A DNA stretch of 64,000 bases from Octopus bimaculoides (lineage: Eukaryota). A model generated the notes under the pieces. The model was not told where the DNA came from, did no database searches, and was given only the letters and a program-made list of their open reading frames with translations. The stretch is from positions 87,723,745 through 87,787,744 of the forward strand of contig NC_068981.1 in the NCBI RefSeq assembly GCF_001194135.2, read 5' to 3'. Below are positions 1 to 11,903 of this stretch, piece by piece (position 1 is the stretch's first letter; the number at the start of each line of letters is the position of its first letter). The translations under genes were made by a program, and so were the position numbers.

Positions 1-96
1 AATATTCGGATAGAATGGGGCCTGCCAAAACTAGGCCGAAACAGCTGTAAGATTAAACTTCTGTTCATCCTCTAATTCCTTATGTACTTTGTACTT

Positions 97-378
97 GTAT
101 ATATATGTATATATATTTATGTACATATATTTATATATATATATGTATATATATATTTATGTACATATATATATATGTATATATATGTGTATATATATGT
201 ATATATGTGTATATGTGTATATATATATATATGTATATGTGTATATGTGTATATATATATATATGTATATGTGTATGTATATATACGTATATATGTGTGT
301 ATATATGTATGTATATATATGTGTATATATACATGTGTATATATGTGTATATATATATGTATATAAATATGTATATAG
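97..378. repeat. compound (TA)/(TG) microsatellite
   Basis: Direct inspection; source of the spurious ORFs in 82-464. Confidence 0.95.
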
Positions 379-470
379 ATAGGGAGAGTTCACAAAAAAA
401 CAACAGCCGAAGACAGGTGATGTTGAAAACAAATAGATGTATTAGTATAACGCTCGTAAATTGAGAAAAT

Positions 471-506
471 CTTTAACGTTTCGAGCCTATGCTCTTCTAC
501 AGAAAG
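471..506 (-). ncRNA. minimal hammerhead-like motif, same family as 36403 (core A6 mutated)
   Basis: Minus strand: cttt CTGTAGA A GAGC atag GCTC GAAACGTT aaag. Confidence 0.5.
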
Positions 507-859
507 GAACACCGAAATAAACAAGGAGAGAAAAAAATGTGTGTAGTGGTCAGCGATCTATCATGGTGAATGCCAGACAAAAGGGTCACACAGGAGTGTT
601 AAGAAGAAGGGGAGATAACAAGTAGTAGTGATCCCATAGCGAAGGTGCGTGTGTGTGTGAGAGAATGCTGGTGATCTTAACGTATGTGTGTATGTAGGTG
701 TGAAAATGTGGGGATGGGAATTGGTCAGTGCTGGTGTATGCATGGTGGTGTGTTTTGATGTGATGCATTGTGTGGTATGGTGTAGCGTGGTGTGGTGTAA
801 TGGTGTTGGGAGGTGGGGGAGGCGAGAGTGGGGTGTGGGTTATACATGTGTATAGATAT

Positions 860-1040
860 ATATTTTTGTAGATATGTGTGTGTATATATTTATATATGTA
901 TTGATATATTTGTGTATGTGTATGTATGTATATATGTGTATATATATGTATGTATATACGTATATATACATATATGCATATGTATATACACGTATATGTA
1001 TATATGTGTGTGTGTGTGTGTGTGTATGTCTATGTCTGTA
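860..1040. repeat. compound (TA)/(TG) microsatellite
   Basis: Direct inspection. Confidence 0.9.
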
Positions 1041-2381
1041 TATTATTCAACGATGGTAGTGGTTGAATATATTAACTGTATGTACCATTTCGTCAATTGC
1101 AGCAGCTTGCAAGCTTCACCCCTATTTCAGTTCTCAGCTAAATTGGAAACTTAATAGTTTTAAAGAGGACACCTCCTCAGCTCTTTGGCATAAATAGTTT
1201 GAGATTTGGTTCAGTAGTAAAAAAATTACATCAAAATATGTGAGACCTGAAGGTGGGCAGTAAGGCAGGTATTCATCTTCAATTAACATAAATTTTTTAA
1301 TTTCAAAATGAAAGTATACTTTTCTTAGGCTTAAATGATAGAAAAATGCATGAGGAATTTGGAATTACTATTTGAATTGAACAAAAGTTAGTAGAAAAAT
1401 GTTATGAGGTAAAATATCATGAAATGTAAAATAATTGAGGAAGGGAGTAATACCCCAAGCAATAAGAATATGTTTCTAAAATGAATGTTTACTTTCTGAG
1501 GTGGTGAGTTGGCAGAAACGTTAGTGCACTGGGCGAAATGTTTAGTGGTATTTCATCTTTCTTTATGCTGAGGTCGACTTTGCCTTTTATCCATTTCAGA
1601 TCTATTCAGTTTAATGTATAGATTATTTAATGAATTTTTTTTAACTAAGCACTTTGAAACTCCCGATACTGGTAGACTGTGTCACATAGAAGAGGGTTTA
1701 CTCTCGACGTTTTTGACAAAATTTTGTATTTTAGAAGCGGCGTTTCGTCTCTCTCTACATTCTGAGTTCAAATTCCGCCGAGGTCAACTCTGCCTTTAAT
1801 CCATTTCAGATCTATTCAATTTGATTACAGATTCTTTAATTAATTTTTTTTAACTAAACACTTTGAAACGTCCAGTACAGGTAGAATATATCACATAGAA
1901 CAGGGTTTACTCAACATTTTTGACAAAATTTTGTATTTTAGAAGTTATTTCATCAGAAGTTACAGTGATAATGGACAAATTCATGTTTGATAAGTGCCAA
2001 TTCACAAAACTCTCAGCTTTTGACTTACTCTCTAATTTCTGCCGATGATATATATACATATTACATATTAGATGTATTTCTTACATCTTTAGCACCACAA
2101 ACTTCTAACCTACTTGTGCAACTGTAATTTTCAAGGCTTCCCTCTGATTTTTACATATACATGCTCACTTTACTCAGCACTTGTCAACAATCCAAATAAA
2201 ATTGCTATGCTTTATAAACAAAACATGCATTCTGACATTTATTTTTACATACACTTCATTCCACGTTACATGTGACATTATCTTCTAACACATAGCATTT
2301 GGATATGTTACAACTTTGAACCCATTACATTGGTGACTAACCCACAAAATTGGTGAGCACTTACTAAACAACCATTAAAAC

Positions 2382-3230
2382 TAAGGACTTGCGTGCTGGA
2401 GCATTGCTCTGACAAAAGACCCCTTTCATCAGTTTTCCTGGGCATTTGATGACTGCCTGAGCAAGTTGGCAGAGTACTTTCCATTGATTATGTGGCCCTT
2501 TTGAAGGGCCACATAATCAACAGACACAGCGCCCTTTGCGTCCCAAATAACTGAGGCCATCAACTTCCCTGCAGATGAAATGACCTTGGTCTTCTTTTGA
2601 GCAGGTGAGGAGGGGTGTTTCCACTGCATTGATTGTCTTTGGCTCAAAGTGATGAACCCAATACTCATCCTGGCTTAGGAAATATTCAAGTAAACCAGCT
2701 GTATCTGCCTAAAACAATGTCAGATTTTCACATGTGATCAGCCTGGTGTGCTTTTGATCAGGTGTCAGAAGACATGGCACCCACCAAGCATAAGCCTTCG
2801 TCATTCCAAATTCATTGTGCAGAATATTCTCAACTCTCTCACGGGATATGCTAATAACATTGGCTATTTGTTTTATAGTCAATCACCTGTCATCCATCAT
2901 CATGTGATGAACATGATCACTGTTTTCCTTGGTGGTGGAAGTTGCAAGACATCCAGACCTTGCGTCATCTCCAAGACATTCCCTTCTCCTCCTAAATTCA
3001 GCTACTGACTTTTGCACTGTTGATAAAGCTGGAGCATCATCCCCCAATGTAGCAACCATGTCAGCATAAATGTCATGGGGGGGGGGGGGCTAAACTGTTT
3101 TTCTGCAGGTACTTGATAACAGAACAATGCCAAACTTTGCCAATTTTGAAGAGAAGTCACTACTAGTTACTTTTGAAGTGTTCTTTGAACAGTCAGATGT
3201 GAGTTTTCCTAGAAAGAAACTGTACAGTTA
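2382..3230 (-). mobile_element. decayed mariner (D,D34D) transposase, 5' two-thirds
   Basis: Minus-strand frames read VIKYLQKNSLA, DIYADMVATLGDDAPALSTVQK, WVPCLLTPDQK, SQDEYWVHHFEP, SAGKLMASVIWDAKG, SNAPARKS, with stops and frameshifts. Confidence 0.85.
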
Positions 3231-3599
3231 TTAATAAGAAGTGTTGAAATGAATGCATGCAAGGGTTGAAGGCATCACTCTTTCATAGTCAGCCTATGAA
3301 CTTTTCAGCCCATCTTCATACATATACACATGGCTGAAGGCATTGGAAAGAGGTGATTGGTAGTAATAGTGTCCACAGGGATATTGAGGAATAGAAGTGG
3401 TTCTAGGAGACAGGGGTTAGGAGGTGGACAGAAAGGAGGGGATGTTATATGTGCAATTCTGCTCTCAAGTGATTTTGGCAGCTGAGTAGTACCATAGATG
3501 GGGGAGTGATAGGCGTTAAGGATGAAAATTGTGGTGAATTAATGAAGTGTCAGTGAGAAAGCAGGGCCAGGGCCCAGCATGTATGAGCATAACCAAGTG

Positions 3600-4420
3600 G
3601 TTTTAGGGTACCATTTTTTGCTGTAATGGACAAGCCTTCTTAAACACAGCAAAACAATCTTTTGCCATCTTCTCTGTTAGGCTCAGCATCTTGAGATCAG
3701 CCTTCAGTACCTCGTCCTTTGTCTTCCTGGGCCGCCCTCTTTCACAAGTTCAATCTGCTTTTAAGCAGTCAGCACTTTTTTACGCAACTTCTTATCCATA
3801 AACATCACATGACCAAACTAGCGCAATATTCTCTCTTGCACACTACATCTGATTCCTCTTTGGCCTTACTTTTCACCCAATACATGAGCATTTTGTCATA
3901 CGTGCACACTAACATTGCAAATCCAATGGAGCATATTAGCCTTGTTCCTCTTGTCTTCACATGTTCTTTGCTAATAGGGCCCACATCTCACTACCATGTA
4001 GCATCGCTGTACATGCACAAACATCATATGATCTGCCTTTCACTCAGAAAGAAAGTCCTTTTGTTGCGAGTCAGATGTAAAAGCTCTCTGACTTTCTCTA
4101 TCCTATTCTTGTTGTAGCAACTACACTTTCAAGTCATTCTCCTTCACTGCTAATTAGGTCACATAGGCAACAGAAACTATTTACTACCTTGATGGAACCT
4201 CCAAGGCATTTAAGAGAATCAATTTCCCATGTATAGTTGGTCTTTATGGCACCTATGCATCTTCTATACATAAATACTATTTTCTCTGTTAACCTTCCTG
4301 TGATTCTGCTGCACCTCTTTTGTGTCCATAGCTTGTACTGAACACACTGTATTGAATTCTTGCCTACACCACTCCTACATATCGAGCAGAGCCATTTACC
4401 TGAAGGGGCTTAGGGTTTTA
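3600..4420 (-). mobile_element. RTE-clade LINE, decayed RT C-terminal fragment
   Basis: Minus-strand frames RGIRCSVQERILR*FGHVM and GRPRKTKDEVLKADLKMLSLTEKMA. Confidence 0.75.
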
Positions 4421-4454
4421 CCTGTTTTCCATCTTACTAGAACCCCTCTCAACA

Positions 4455-5135
4455 AATCTTGAGTGAGGAATTTCAAATGAAAAAAAGTTGCAGCAAAATC
4501 AGTCACGACTGAATACATGTTGTGTACTGAAAGAACAGTTGGAAGTTGATTGGAACCCTTTTTCAAAGGTCATCACTGGTGATAAAAGCTGGTGTTACAG
4601 CTACAACGCAGAAACGAAGCAGCCAGAAGCTAATGGGAGCATTCAATGTCACCATGCTCCCAAAAAGTGCATCAAGCGAAGTCCAATGTCAAGACGATGC
4701 TGACTTGTTTCAGTGATGTGAAAGGAATAGTCCACCCAGTATTTGTTCCTCCTGGTCAAACTGTTAACCAGATGTTTTACTTGGCAGTTCTGAAGCATTT
4801 GCAAGACATGGCGAAACAAAAACGCCCTGACCAGTGCAAAGTGGAAAGTGGTGGTTTTATTACAACAGTGCACCTTAGCACACCACCTTGAGTGTGAAAC
4901 ACTTTTTGACCCAGAATACCATGACCCCATTTACCCACGCTCCATATTCACTTGATTTTGCTCCCTGAAACTTTTTTGTTCCTCCAAATGAAAAAAGTCC
5001 TTAAAGGAAAATGTTTTGCAGATGTGGAAGAGGTGAAGAGAAAAACAACAGAAGCGTTAAAAGGCATCACTTTGCAAGAGTTCTAAGACTGATTCAAACA
5101 GTGGAAAACGCTTCTGGACTGATGCATTGCTTCTC
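4455..5135 (+). mobile_element. decayed mariner transposase, catalytic region
   Basis: VITGDKSWCYSY, KSNVKTMLTCFSDVKGIVH..FVPPGQTVNQ.FYL.VL, NSAP.H, APYSLDFAP, KGKCFADVEEVKRKTTEALKGI. Confidence 0.88.
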
Positions 5136-5207
5136 TTCTGTTGACTATATCTATAGATAGGGATATAAATAGATAGATGTGTGTATGTGCATGTTTGTTT
5201 TTATATA

Positions 5208-5607
5208 TAGGCACAGGCAAGGCTGTGTAGTAAGAAGCTTGCTTCCCAAGTACATGGTTCTGGGTTCAGCCCCACTATGTGACACCTTTAGCAACTATCT
5301 TCCACTATAGCTTTGGGCCAGCCAAAGCCTTGTGAGTAGATTTGGTAGATGAAAACTGAGAGAAGCCTGTTGTGTGTGTATGAATATGTATGTATATATC
5401 TGTGTGTCTCTGTATTTGTTCTCCACTACTGCTTGACAAACTGTTAGTTTATGTCATAACTTAGCAGTTTGGCAAAAGGGACCAATAGAATTAGTACCAG
5501 GCTTAAAAATAAATAAGTACTGGAGTTGATTTGTTTGACTAAAAGCCCTTTAAGGTGGTACCCCAGCATGGCCACAGTACAATGACTGAAACAAGTAGAA
5601 TATAAAG
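5208..5607 (+). mobile_element. tRNA-derived SINE, family A (central microsatellite), full length
   Basis: A-box ggctgtgtagt, B-box ggttcagccc, body ttgtgagtagatttggtag, tail caatgactgaaacaagta. Confidence 0.75.
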
Positions 5608-5754
5608 ATGTATATGCTCTCCTTCTTTTGTATATGAGTTAATGTCCACTGTGTCTTTAAATGACTTTGTAAAGATGTAAACTTGTAAAATAATGCAAAA
5701 TAAAATAGAAGCAGCAAAGTAAATTAAACATTTATCAGAAATCGGGGAATAACT

Positions 5755-5982
5755 TTAACCCTTTAGTGTTTAAACTGGCTGTATCCAGCCCAAATATTCT
5801 ACACATTTTATGCTCAAACTGGCCAGAACCAGCATCTCACACCTACCCTGCAATGTCATTCTAAAAATAAGCAATTACATCTTTCCTATCTTGAAGCTAC
5901 AAAATAATATCAGATAAATTTTTTTTAATGTGAATAAATAAGGATTACTTTTGACAAATTAATCTGAACACTAAAGAGTTAA
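5755..5982 (+). mobile_element. piggyBac-like MITE family P1
   Basis: TTAA-CCCTTTAG...CTAAAGAG-TTAA ends; homologous to other copies. Confidence 0.7.
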
Positions 5983-6039
5983 AATATTTAATAAATGGGT
6001 TTATTAGGAAAATTGAATTTTATCAAACAGTGAAATGCA

Positions 6040-6510
6040 GTGCTGTTGCTAATATGACATTACCCGGTTGTGTTTGTAATAATTCACCTAAGCTGGCTGT
6101 ATTGAAATAGTTTAGAGATGGCTCTGGTGGACTACCTCAGCAGTGTTTTAATGACACATATGAATGTTGATTGTAATGTGACAGTACAGGTAGTTGAAAT
6201 CTCAGTAGTGGCTGTAATGACATGACTTAGTTTTGATTCCTGTGAAATAGTTTGGTGAGGGTTGTAATGACACAGACAAGTATTGGTTATAATGATACAG
6301 TTAAGTTACAGTTGTAATGAAATATCTCTCTGTTTATAGTAACAAAATCTTAGAAGTCTTTGTAATGACACAACCCAGTGGTGGTTGTAATGAAAAAGCT
6401 TGGTAATAGTGGCAATGATAAAACTTTAGTGATTTTAAAGAAATGGATCAAGCTTTCATATATACACTGTTGGTTGTATTGAAATAGCTAAGTGGTGGCT
6501 GCAGTGACCA
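6040..6510. repeat. decayed minisatellite, recurring GTTGTAATGACA-like motif about every 25-50 nt
   Basis: About a dozen variants of ttgtaatgaca/ttgtaatgaaa/ttgtattgaaa. Confidence 0.65.
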
Positions 6511-8160
6511 CAATAGAGATGTGGTTGTCACCTGATCCAATAATTTGATACCCCTGTAGTTATTTCTATCTAAAGCATCACCTTTACCTTTGTAGCAGTT
6601 GTCTATGGTGCTGCTACACCAGTCATTGGGTATGACTCCTTCATGAACTACCTGATTTATGATGCAGGTGACAAGACCATAACTCACACCGCCTGATATT
6701 TTAAGCATCTCAGTGGTGATTCCTGATGGGCCAAGTACTTTCCCTGTCTTCATATCCTTAATTGCTTTATCTGCCAGGGTGTACTGTCAATTCAGGTAGC
6801 TGGTGCCTCAATTGGGTTGACCTTTGGCAGACCCTCCTTCTCCTATTCATTCTCCACATTCAGCAGTCTTTCATAATGGCATCTCCAAGCCCCTTTCTTT
6901 GCAGAATCATTAAACGCAAGGGCACCATCATCCATTCGGACACAGTTCTCTCCTATGACATCACGATCTTCTCTCACTGTCTTGCAATCCAGAATACTTC
7001 AGTTCTTTGGTCCTCACATTGGCAAACTTCATCTTTGGTCCTGAACATTGGCAAACTTCATCTTTTCTGCTACTCCCTTGGCTATATGTACCTGTCTCCT
7101 AGCTTCCCTTCTGGCTGTCTAATATAGTCCCGTGCTACCCCCACTCTTCCAGACCTGTTTCTTTGCTCTAATGGCCCTCTCTACAGTATTGTTCCACCGC
7201 CATGTTACCCTAGTCCGGAAGAGACTTTGCATCAGCCACAGATTTTGTCTGTAGCACTCAGCAAGCTGTCTCACAGGAATTCCCAGCTGCCTTCTATGTC
7301 ATAAGGCTGTAGCTCCTCCTCCCTCTCATCAAATTTCTCAGTAAGGACACCCTTAAATCTCTGACCATGTCAGAGGTTCTTAAGCTTCTAAGTCCTTTTC
7401 CAGATTGGTCTGCATTTTGGCATCGTTCTGGCCTAAAGTCTGAAGTCACTNNNNNNNNNNGGGGGGGGGGGTACATTCTTCACCAGGGAGGGTCTTTGTA
7501 TTTAGGAGCAACTATGCATCCTGCTATCTAGTGAGAATGAAATCAATCTGGCTAGCAGAGTCACCTGATTGATTGGTTATCAGATGGTTGGCTGGCTGGC
7601 TGGCTGGCTGGTTTCCTGAAGTTGATGTTGCAGATTAATAGGTTCCCTCTTCATTTCTGGTACCAATTCCATGGCCCCCCCATGTACACCATAAAAGATA
7701 CTAGGTCGCTGTCTGATATGCCCATTAAAATCTCCAGCCGCAAAGATGAGATCATTGTCACTTGTCTTTGGGGTAGCCTGCAGAAGAATATCATAGAAGT
7801 GATTCTTCTGTTCATTTGGTAAGCCCGCTTGTGGGGCATAGGCAGAGATAATTGTGGCTATACCATTCTTCAAGACTAGCCTGAGTTTAAGTACTCTAAT
7901 GCACACCTTGACTACTTCTATGACCTTATCCACCCATTTCTCTGCAAGAAGTATGCCCATGCCCCCTATCCCATCACTGTTACCTTCCCAGATGAGTTTA
8001 TACCTATGTGCTTTGCGTGTGAAGACTCTGACTAAATCTCCTCTCCACCTTACCTCTTGTATGCAACATATGTCAACACATCTCCGTTCAAGCATCCGTA
8101 CAATCTCATTAGCCCTGCCTTTCAATGTGCCAACATTTAGAGCGCCAACTCTGAAAACTG
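6500..8160 (-). mobile_element. RTE-clade LINE: APE endonuclease domain and start of RT, spanning a 10-N gap
   Basis: ORF 7580-8200: LNVGTL, DICCIQEVRW, ISAYAPQ, AGDFNGHI. ORF 6448-6753: GPSGITTEMLK, IPNDWCSS, YKGKGDALDRNNYRGIKLL. Confidence 0.92.
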
Positions 8161-8180
8161 AGAAGGATATATATATATAT

Positions 8181-8346
8181 ATCATCATCATCATCATCAT
8201 CGTTTAACGTCCGCTTTCCATGCTAGCATGGGTTGGACGACTTGACTGAGGACTGGTGAAACCGGATGGCAACACCAGGCTCCAATCTAAATTTGGCAGA
8301 GTTTCTACAGCTGGATGCCCTTCCTAACGCCAACCACTCAGAGAGT
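8181..8346 (-). mobile_element. young RTE-type 3' end with (ATG)n tail, 5'-truncated
   Basis: Near-identical to copies at 10250, 33760 and 56086; abuts (TA)n. Confidence 0.75.
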
Positions 8347-9174
8347 ATATATATATATATATATGTATAATCTGCTTTATAAGGCAGTCAGAAATTAAAC
8401 TGTTATTCTAGTGGATAGCTTAATCTGCATATTTATACTTTTAATAATTTTCATTAATCAAATAATATATATTTTATGGCACAACATAGTGTAATCAGAA
8501 GAACTGAAAGAAATTGAAATATCAGAAAGCTTCAAGAATGTTCCTTCTAATTTTTTAATGTGTGAGAAAAAGAGAATCTTTGTGATAGGTCGTTTGCATG
8601 TGATTTACTTCCCCAGTCAAGGGCACATAATATTCAACTGCTCTATAAACATAAGTTCAGCATTTACATGTCTGATGATGGGGAAATATTACTTTACTTG
8701 GAAACGGGTGAGGTTTGGTGACAGGAAAGGCATCTGGCTGTTAAAATTCCATCTCAACAAATGCTATCCAACCCATGCAAGAATGGAAAAGTGGATGTTT
8801 GGTGATAATCATAATGATGATTGTTCAATGCATTTGATAAATATAAAAGGAAAGTCAGTATTCATGTCCATGAACATATTGAATATTTGAGGTTGATGGA
8901 TGGTGACATTCAATTTGACTTCATTTTGCTCTTAATTGATTACTTCAAACTTCACTGATTTCCTTTTTCTTATTCTTACTCATTTCTCAGATGGAATTGA
9001 CTACTTGCTTTCTGATCAGAACTTTACATGAAATATAATCATTTACACATCCATTTTTTCCATAGTCATGTAAGAAATATATTTTCTAAATAAAAGCCAA
9101 CCCCAAATATTTGTTTCGTTTCAGCATTTTGCTATGCAGCATCTTAACTTTCTTTGTCTCTGAAAATTGCATAG

Positions 9175-9201
9175 ATGACGCCAACAGGACAACCTGAATC
9201 C
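9175..9201 (+). CDS. candidate 27-nt upstream coding microexon of the TARBP2-like gene (MTPTGQPES)
   Basis: Branch-like cttaac at 9143, pyrimidine tract, catag|ATG, 9 open codons, donor TCC|gtgagt; phase 0 joins in frame to the ATG at 12996. Confidence 0.5.
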
Positions 9202-9263
9202 GTGAGTTTTGTTTTCTTTGCTAATTATTGTTTTATGTTTTGTGTAATGGAACCAAATTAATT

Positions 9264-9488
9264 TTAACTGTTTTGTTACCGTATCTCTATTGAAATACAC
9301 TGCCTTTGTTTAAATTTAATTTTAAAGATAATGAATTTGGTAAAATAACTACAATATTAATCTGGTGTTTGGAACATAAAACAACTGAAAATTTTTGATG
9401 CAAATTTTAATTTAGATCACTTTAAAACTGTAAGTTTGTATCATAGTACCTGTGGTGGTCTCAAGTGTGTTGGTATCATAAGGGTGAA
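9264..9488 (+). mobile_element. piggyBac-like MITE family P2
   Basis: ttaac.gttttgttacc...ggtatcataagggtgaa; shared body aatttagatcactttaaaa. Confidence 0.68.
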
Positions 9489-9513
9489 GCAAAATTATAT
9501 AGTTCTAAGCTAA

Positions 9514-9905
9514 TCATCGTCATCATTATCATTTAACATCTGTTTTCCATGCTAGCATGGGTTGGACGGTTTGACCAGAGCTGGGAAGCTGCACCAGGCT
9601 CTAGTCTGATTCAGAATGTTTTTTACAACTGGATACCCTTTCTAATGCCAACCACTTTACAGTGTGTTCTGGATGCTTTTACATAGCATTGCATGAGTGC
9701 TTTCATGTGGCACTAGCACAAGTGGTTTTTATGTGGCACCGGCACAAGACTCTTGTGGGTCAATCCTCTTCACCATGTTGGAGTGGCCTTAACACTTCTA
9801 CTGTGGAGTACAGGTCTTCTTGAGCACAGCAAGGTGCCAGGTATCCCAGTCCTTCATCATCTCATCTGAAAGGGTCAGTGTCCTGAGGTCATCCTTCTGT
9901 ACTTC
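9514..9905 (-). mobile_element. older RTE 3' end (RT C-terminus, 3' UTR, ATG tail)
   Basis: DDLRTLTLSDEMMKDWDTWHLAVLKKT followed by the shared 3' UTR. Confidence 0.7.
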
Positions 9906-10039
9906 ATCTTTTGATAAGGATATTTTTCTAAAATTGATAAAACTATAGGTCAAAAGATTTTCACAACAAAACAGCAAAGATAATATTAAAAATGTACCAC
10001 TGTGTATCATATTGTGTGTGTATGTATGCATATATATCT

Positions 10040-10957
10040 TTTACTTGTTTCAGTCATTTGATTGTGGCCCTGCTTTGGCACTGCCTTGAAGCATTTTAAA
10101 CAAACAAATCGACCCCAGGACTTATTTTATTTAAACCTGGTACTTATTTTATCAGTCTCTTTTACCAAACCTTTATGTTATGGGGACATAAAAACACACA
10201 CACATAGTTATACATACATACATGCATATATATATATATATATATATATATCATCATCATCATCATCATCATCATCCGCTTTCCATGCTAGCATGGGTTG
10301 GCCGATTTGACTGAGGACTGGTGAAACCGGATGGCAACACCAGGCTCCAATCTAATTTGGCAGAGTTTCTACAGCTGGATGCCCTTCCTAACGCCAACCA
10401 CTCAGAGAGTGTAGTGGGTGCTTTTACGTGTCACCCGCACGAAAACGGCCACACTCGAAATGGTGTCTTTTATGTGCTACCCGCACAAGCCAGTCCAGGG
10501 GCACTGGCAACGATCTCACTCGAAAATCCTACGGGAGCCAGTCAGGCGGTACTGGCAACGGCCACGCTCAAAATGGTGCATCTCATGTGCCACCCGCACA
10601 AGAGCCAGTCCAGGGGCACTGGCAACGATCTTACTTGGCTTGCCGGGTCTTCTCACGCACAGCACATATATTTCAAAATAAGCTTAAAGGGATATATTAT
10701 CCTGGAGGTAACTGTGTTTCCTTTCAAGTCGGTTTCAGATGCCAGCTAACCACAATGGTGCTTCTACTATATGTATGTATACACTCACACACACACACAT
10801 ACACACATGACAGACTTCTTTCAGTTCTTTCTACCAAATCTACTCACAAAGCTTTGGTCGGCCCAAGACTATGATAGAAGCTACTGGCCCAAGGTGTCTC
10901 TCATTGGGACTGAACCTGGAACCATGTGGTTGGAAAGCAAGCTTCTTACCACACAGC
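10040..10957 (-). mobile_element. SINE family A split by the RTE insertion in its microsatellite
   Basis: 3' half about 10040-10200, 5' half about 10805-10957. Confidence 0.65.
10250..10660 (-). mobile_element. young RTE-type 3' end with (ATG)n tail and internal ~45-bp direct repeats, inserted in a SINE microsatellite
   Basis: catcatcat...ccgctttccatgctagcatgggttgg; internal repeat atgtgc.acccgcacaa..gccagtccaggggcactggcaacgatct at about 10472 and 10586. Confidence 0.75.
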
Positions 10958-11903
10958 CAATAAAGGATGAAAATTTTTTTTTCTCTTTTTTTCTTTTTCC
11001 TTTTTCTCCCTCTCTATTTCTCTTTCTTTTCTTTCCTTCGTTTCAATCCCTTAATGTGTTGATTAATGTATTACCATGTATATTTACTTCGAAATAGCAT
11101 TCTCTATTTACTCTCTCAACTATAACCGAAATGAGAGGATCAGTATGCATTATATGCTCTTTGTGTGAAAAATCCTAAATGAAGAAATCCAGGCAAATAC
11201 ATCTGTCAGCACTCCTTGCATTCTTTCTTCCTTTAGTTACTTTCAAATTTCTATTAGCTTATCTACATACAGCACTTCCATTGATTATAGTAGTGAATAT
11301 GTAGAAGTAAATTCCATTGTTTCTCTATATTCACTGAATTAGAATACTTTTAAACTTGACATATTGACCTGTTAGCGGCTGTGGCATTGGCAAGTTCATA
11401 CTAAATCAAAGAAAGTAATTTGATATGTCAGCTATCTACAATCTTCATCCACTGAATTATCTTGATGGGAGAATACTTAATGTTTAAAGCTCTGATACTA
11501 TGCAGCCTCACCTCCACCACAGTTTATGTTTGTTGAAAAATCTACTGACTTCTGACGAGAATCTATTTCATTAATTGATTAATCCATCAATTATGCATAC
11601 AAACCAATGTATAACAATGAAATGGTTCTTTTAGCTGTTGGAAATGATTGCAACTTTGAATAAAGTTATGCAACAACAACATCTTAATATTTTAGTCTCT
11701 TTGATATTGCTATGTATATATTCTTTTATTTGTTTCAGTCATAGTTGAATGAATCAACCCCAGTACTTTTTTTTAAAGCCTGGTACTTTATCAATCACTT
11801 TTGTTGAACTGCTATGTTATGGGGAGTATAAACATACCAACACCTGTTGTCAAGTGGTGGTGGGAGACAGGCACAAACACACACACACACACACACATAT
11901 ATA

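Noticed and set aside
82-1154. Many long Y/I/V/C/H-rich ORFs (also at 23662-23990 and 56642-57094)
   Set aside because: Translations of dinucleotide microsatellites; no coding signal.
3077-3089. Poly-G runs (also 7461-7472)
   Set aside because: Homopolymer expansion within a mariner relic and a gap-adjacent run; likely slippage or sequencing artefact rather than a functional G-quadruplex.
6040-6510. CRISPR-like repeat-spacer appearance
   Set aside because: Repeats are short and degenerate, spacing is irregular, the context is eukaryotic and there are no cas genes.
10321-10874. Overlapping 87-148 aa ORFs
   Set aside because: They lie in the GC-richer 3' UTR repeat of the RTE family; the same peptides recur at 33760-33920.
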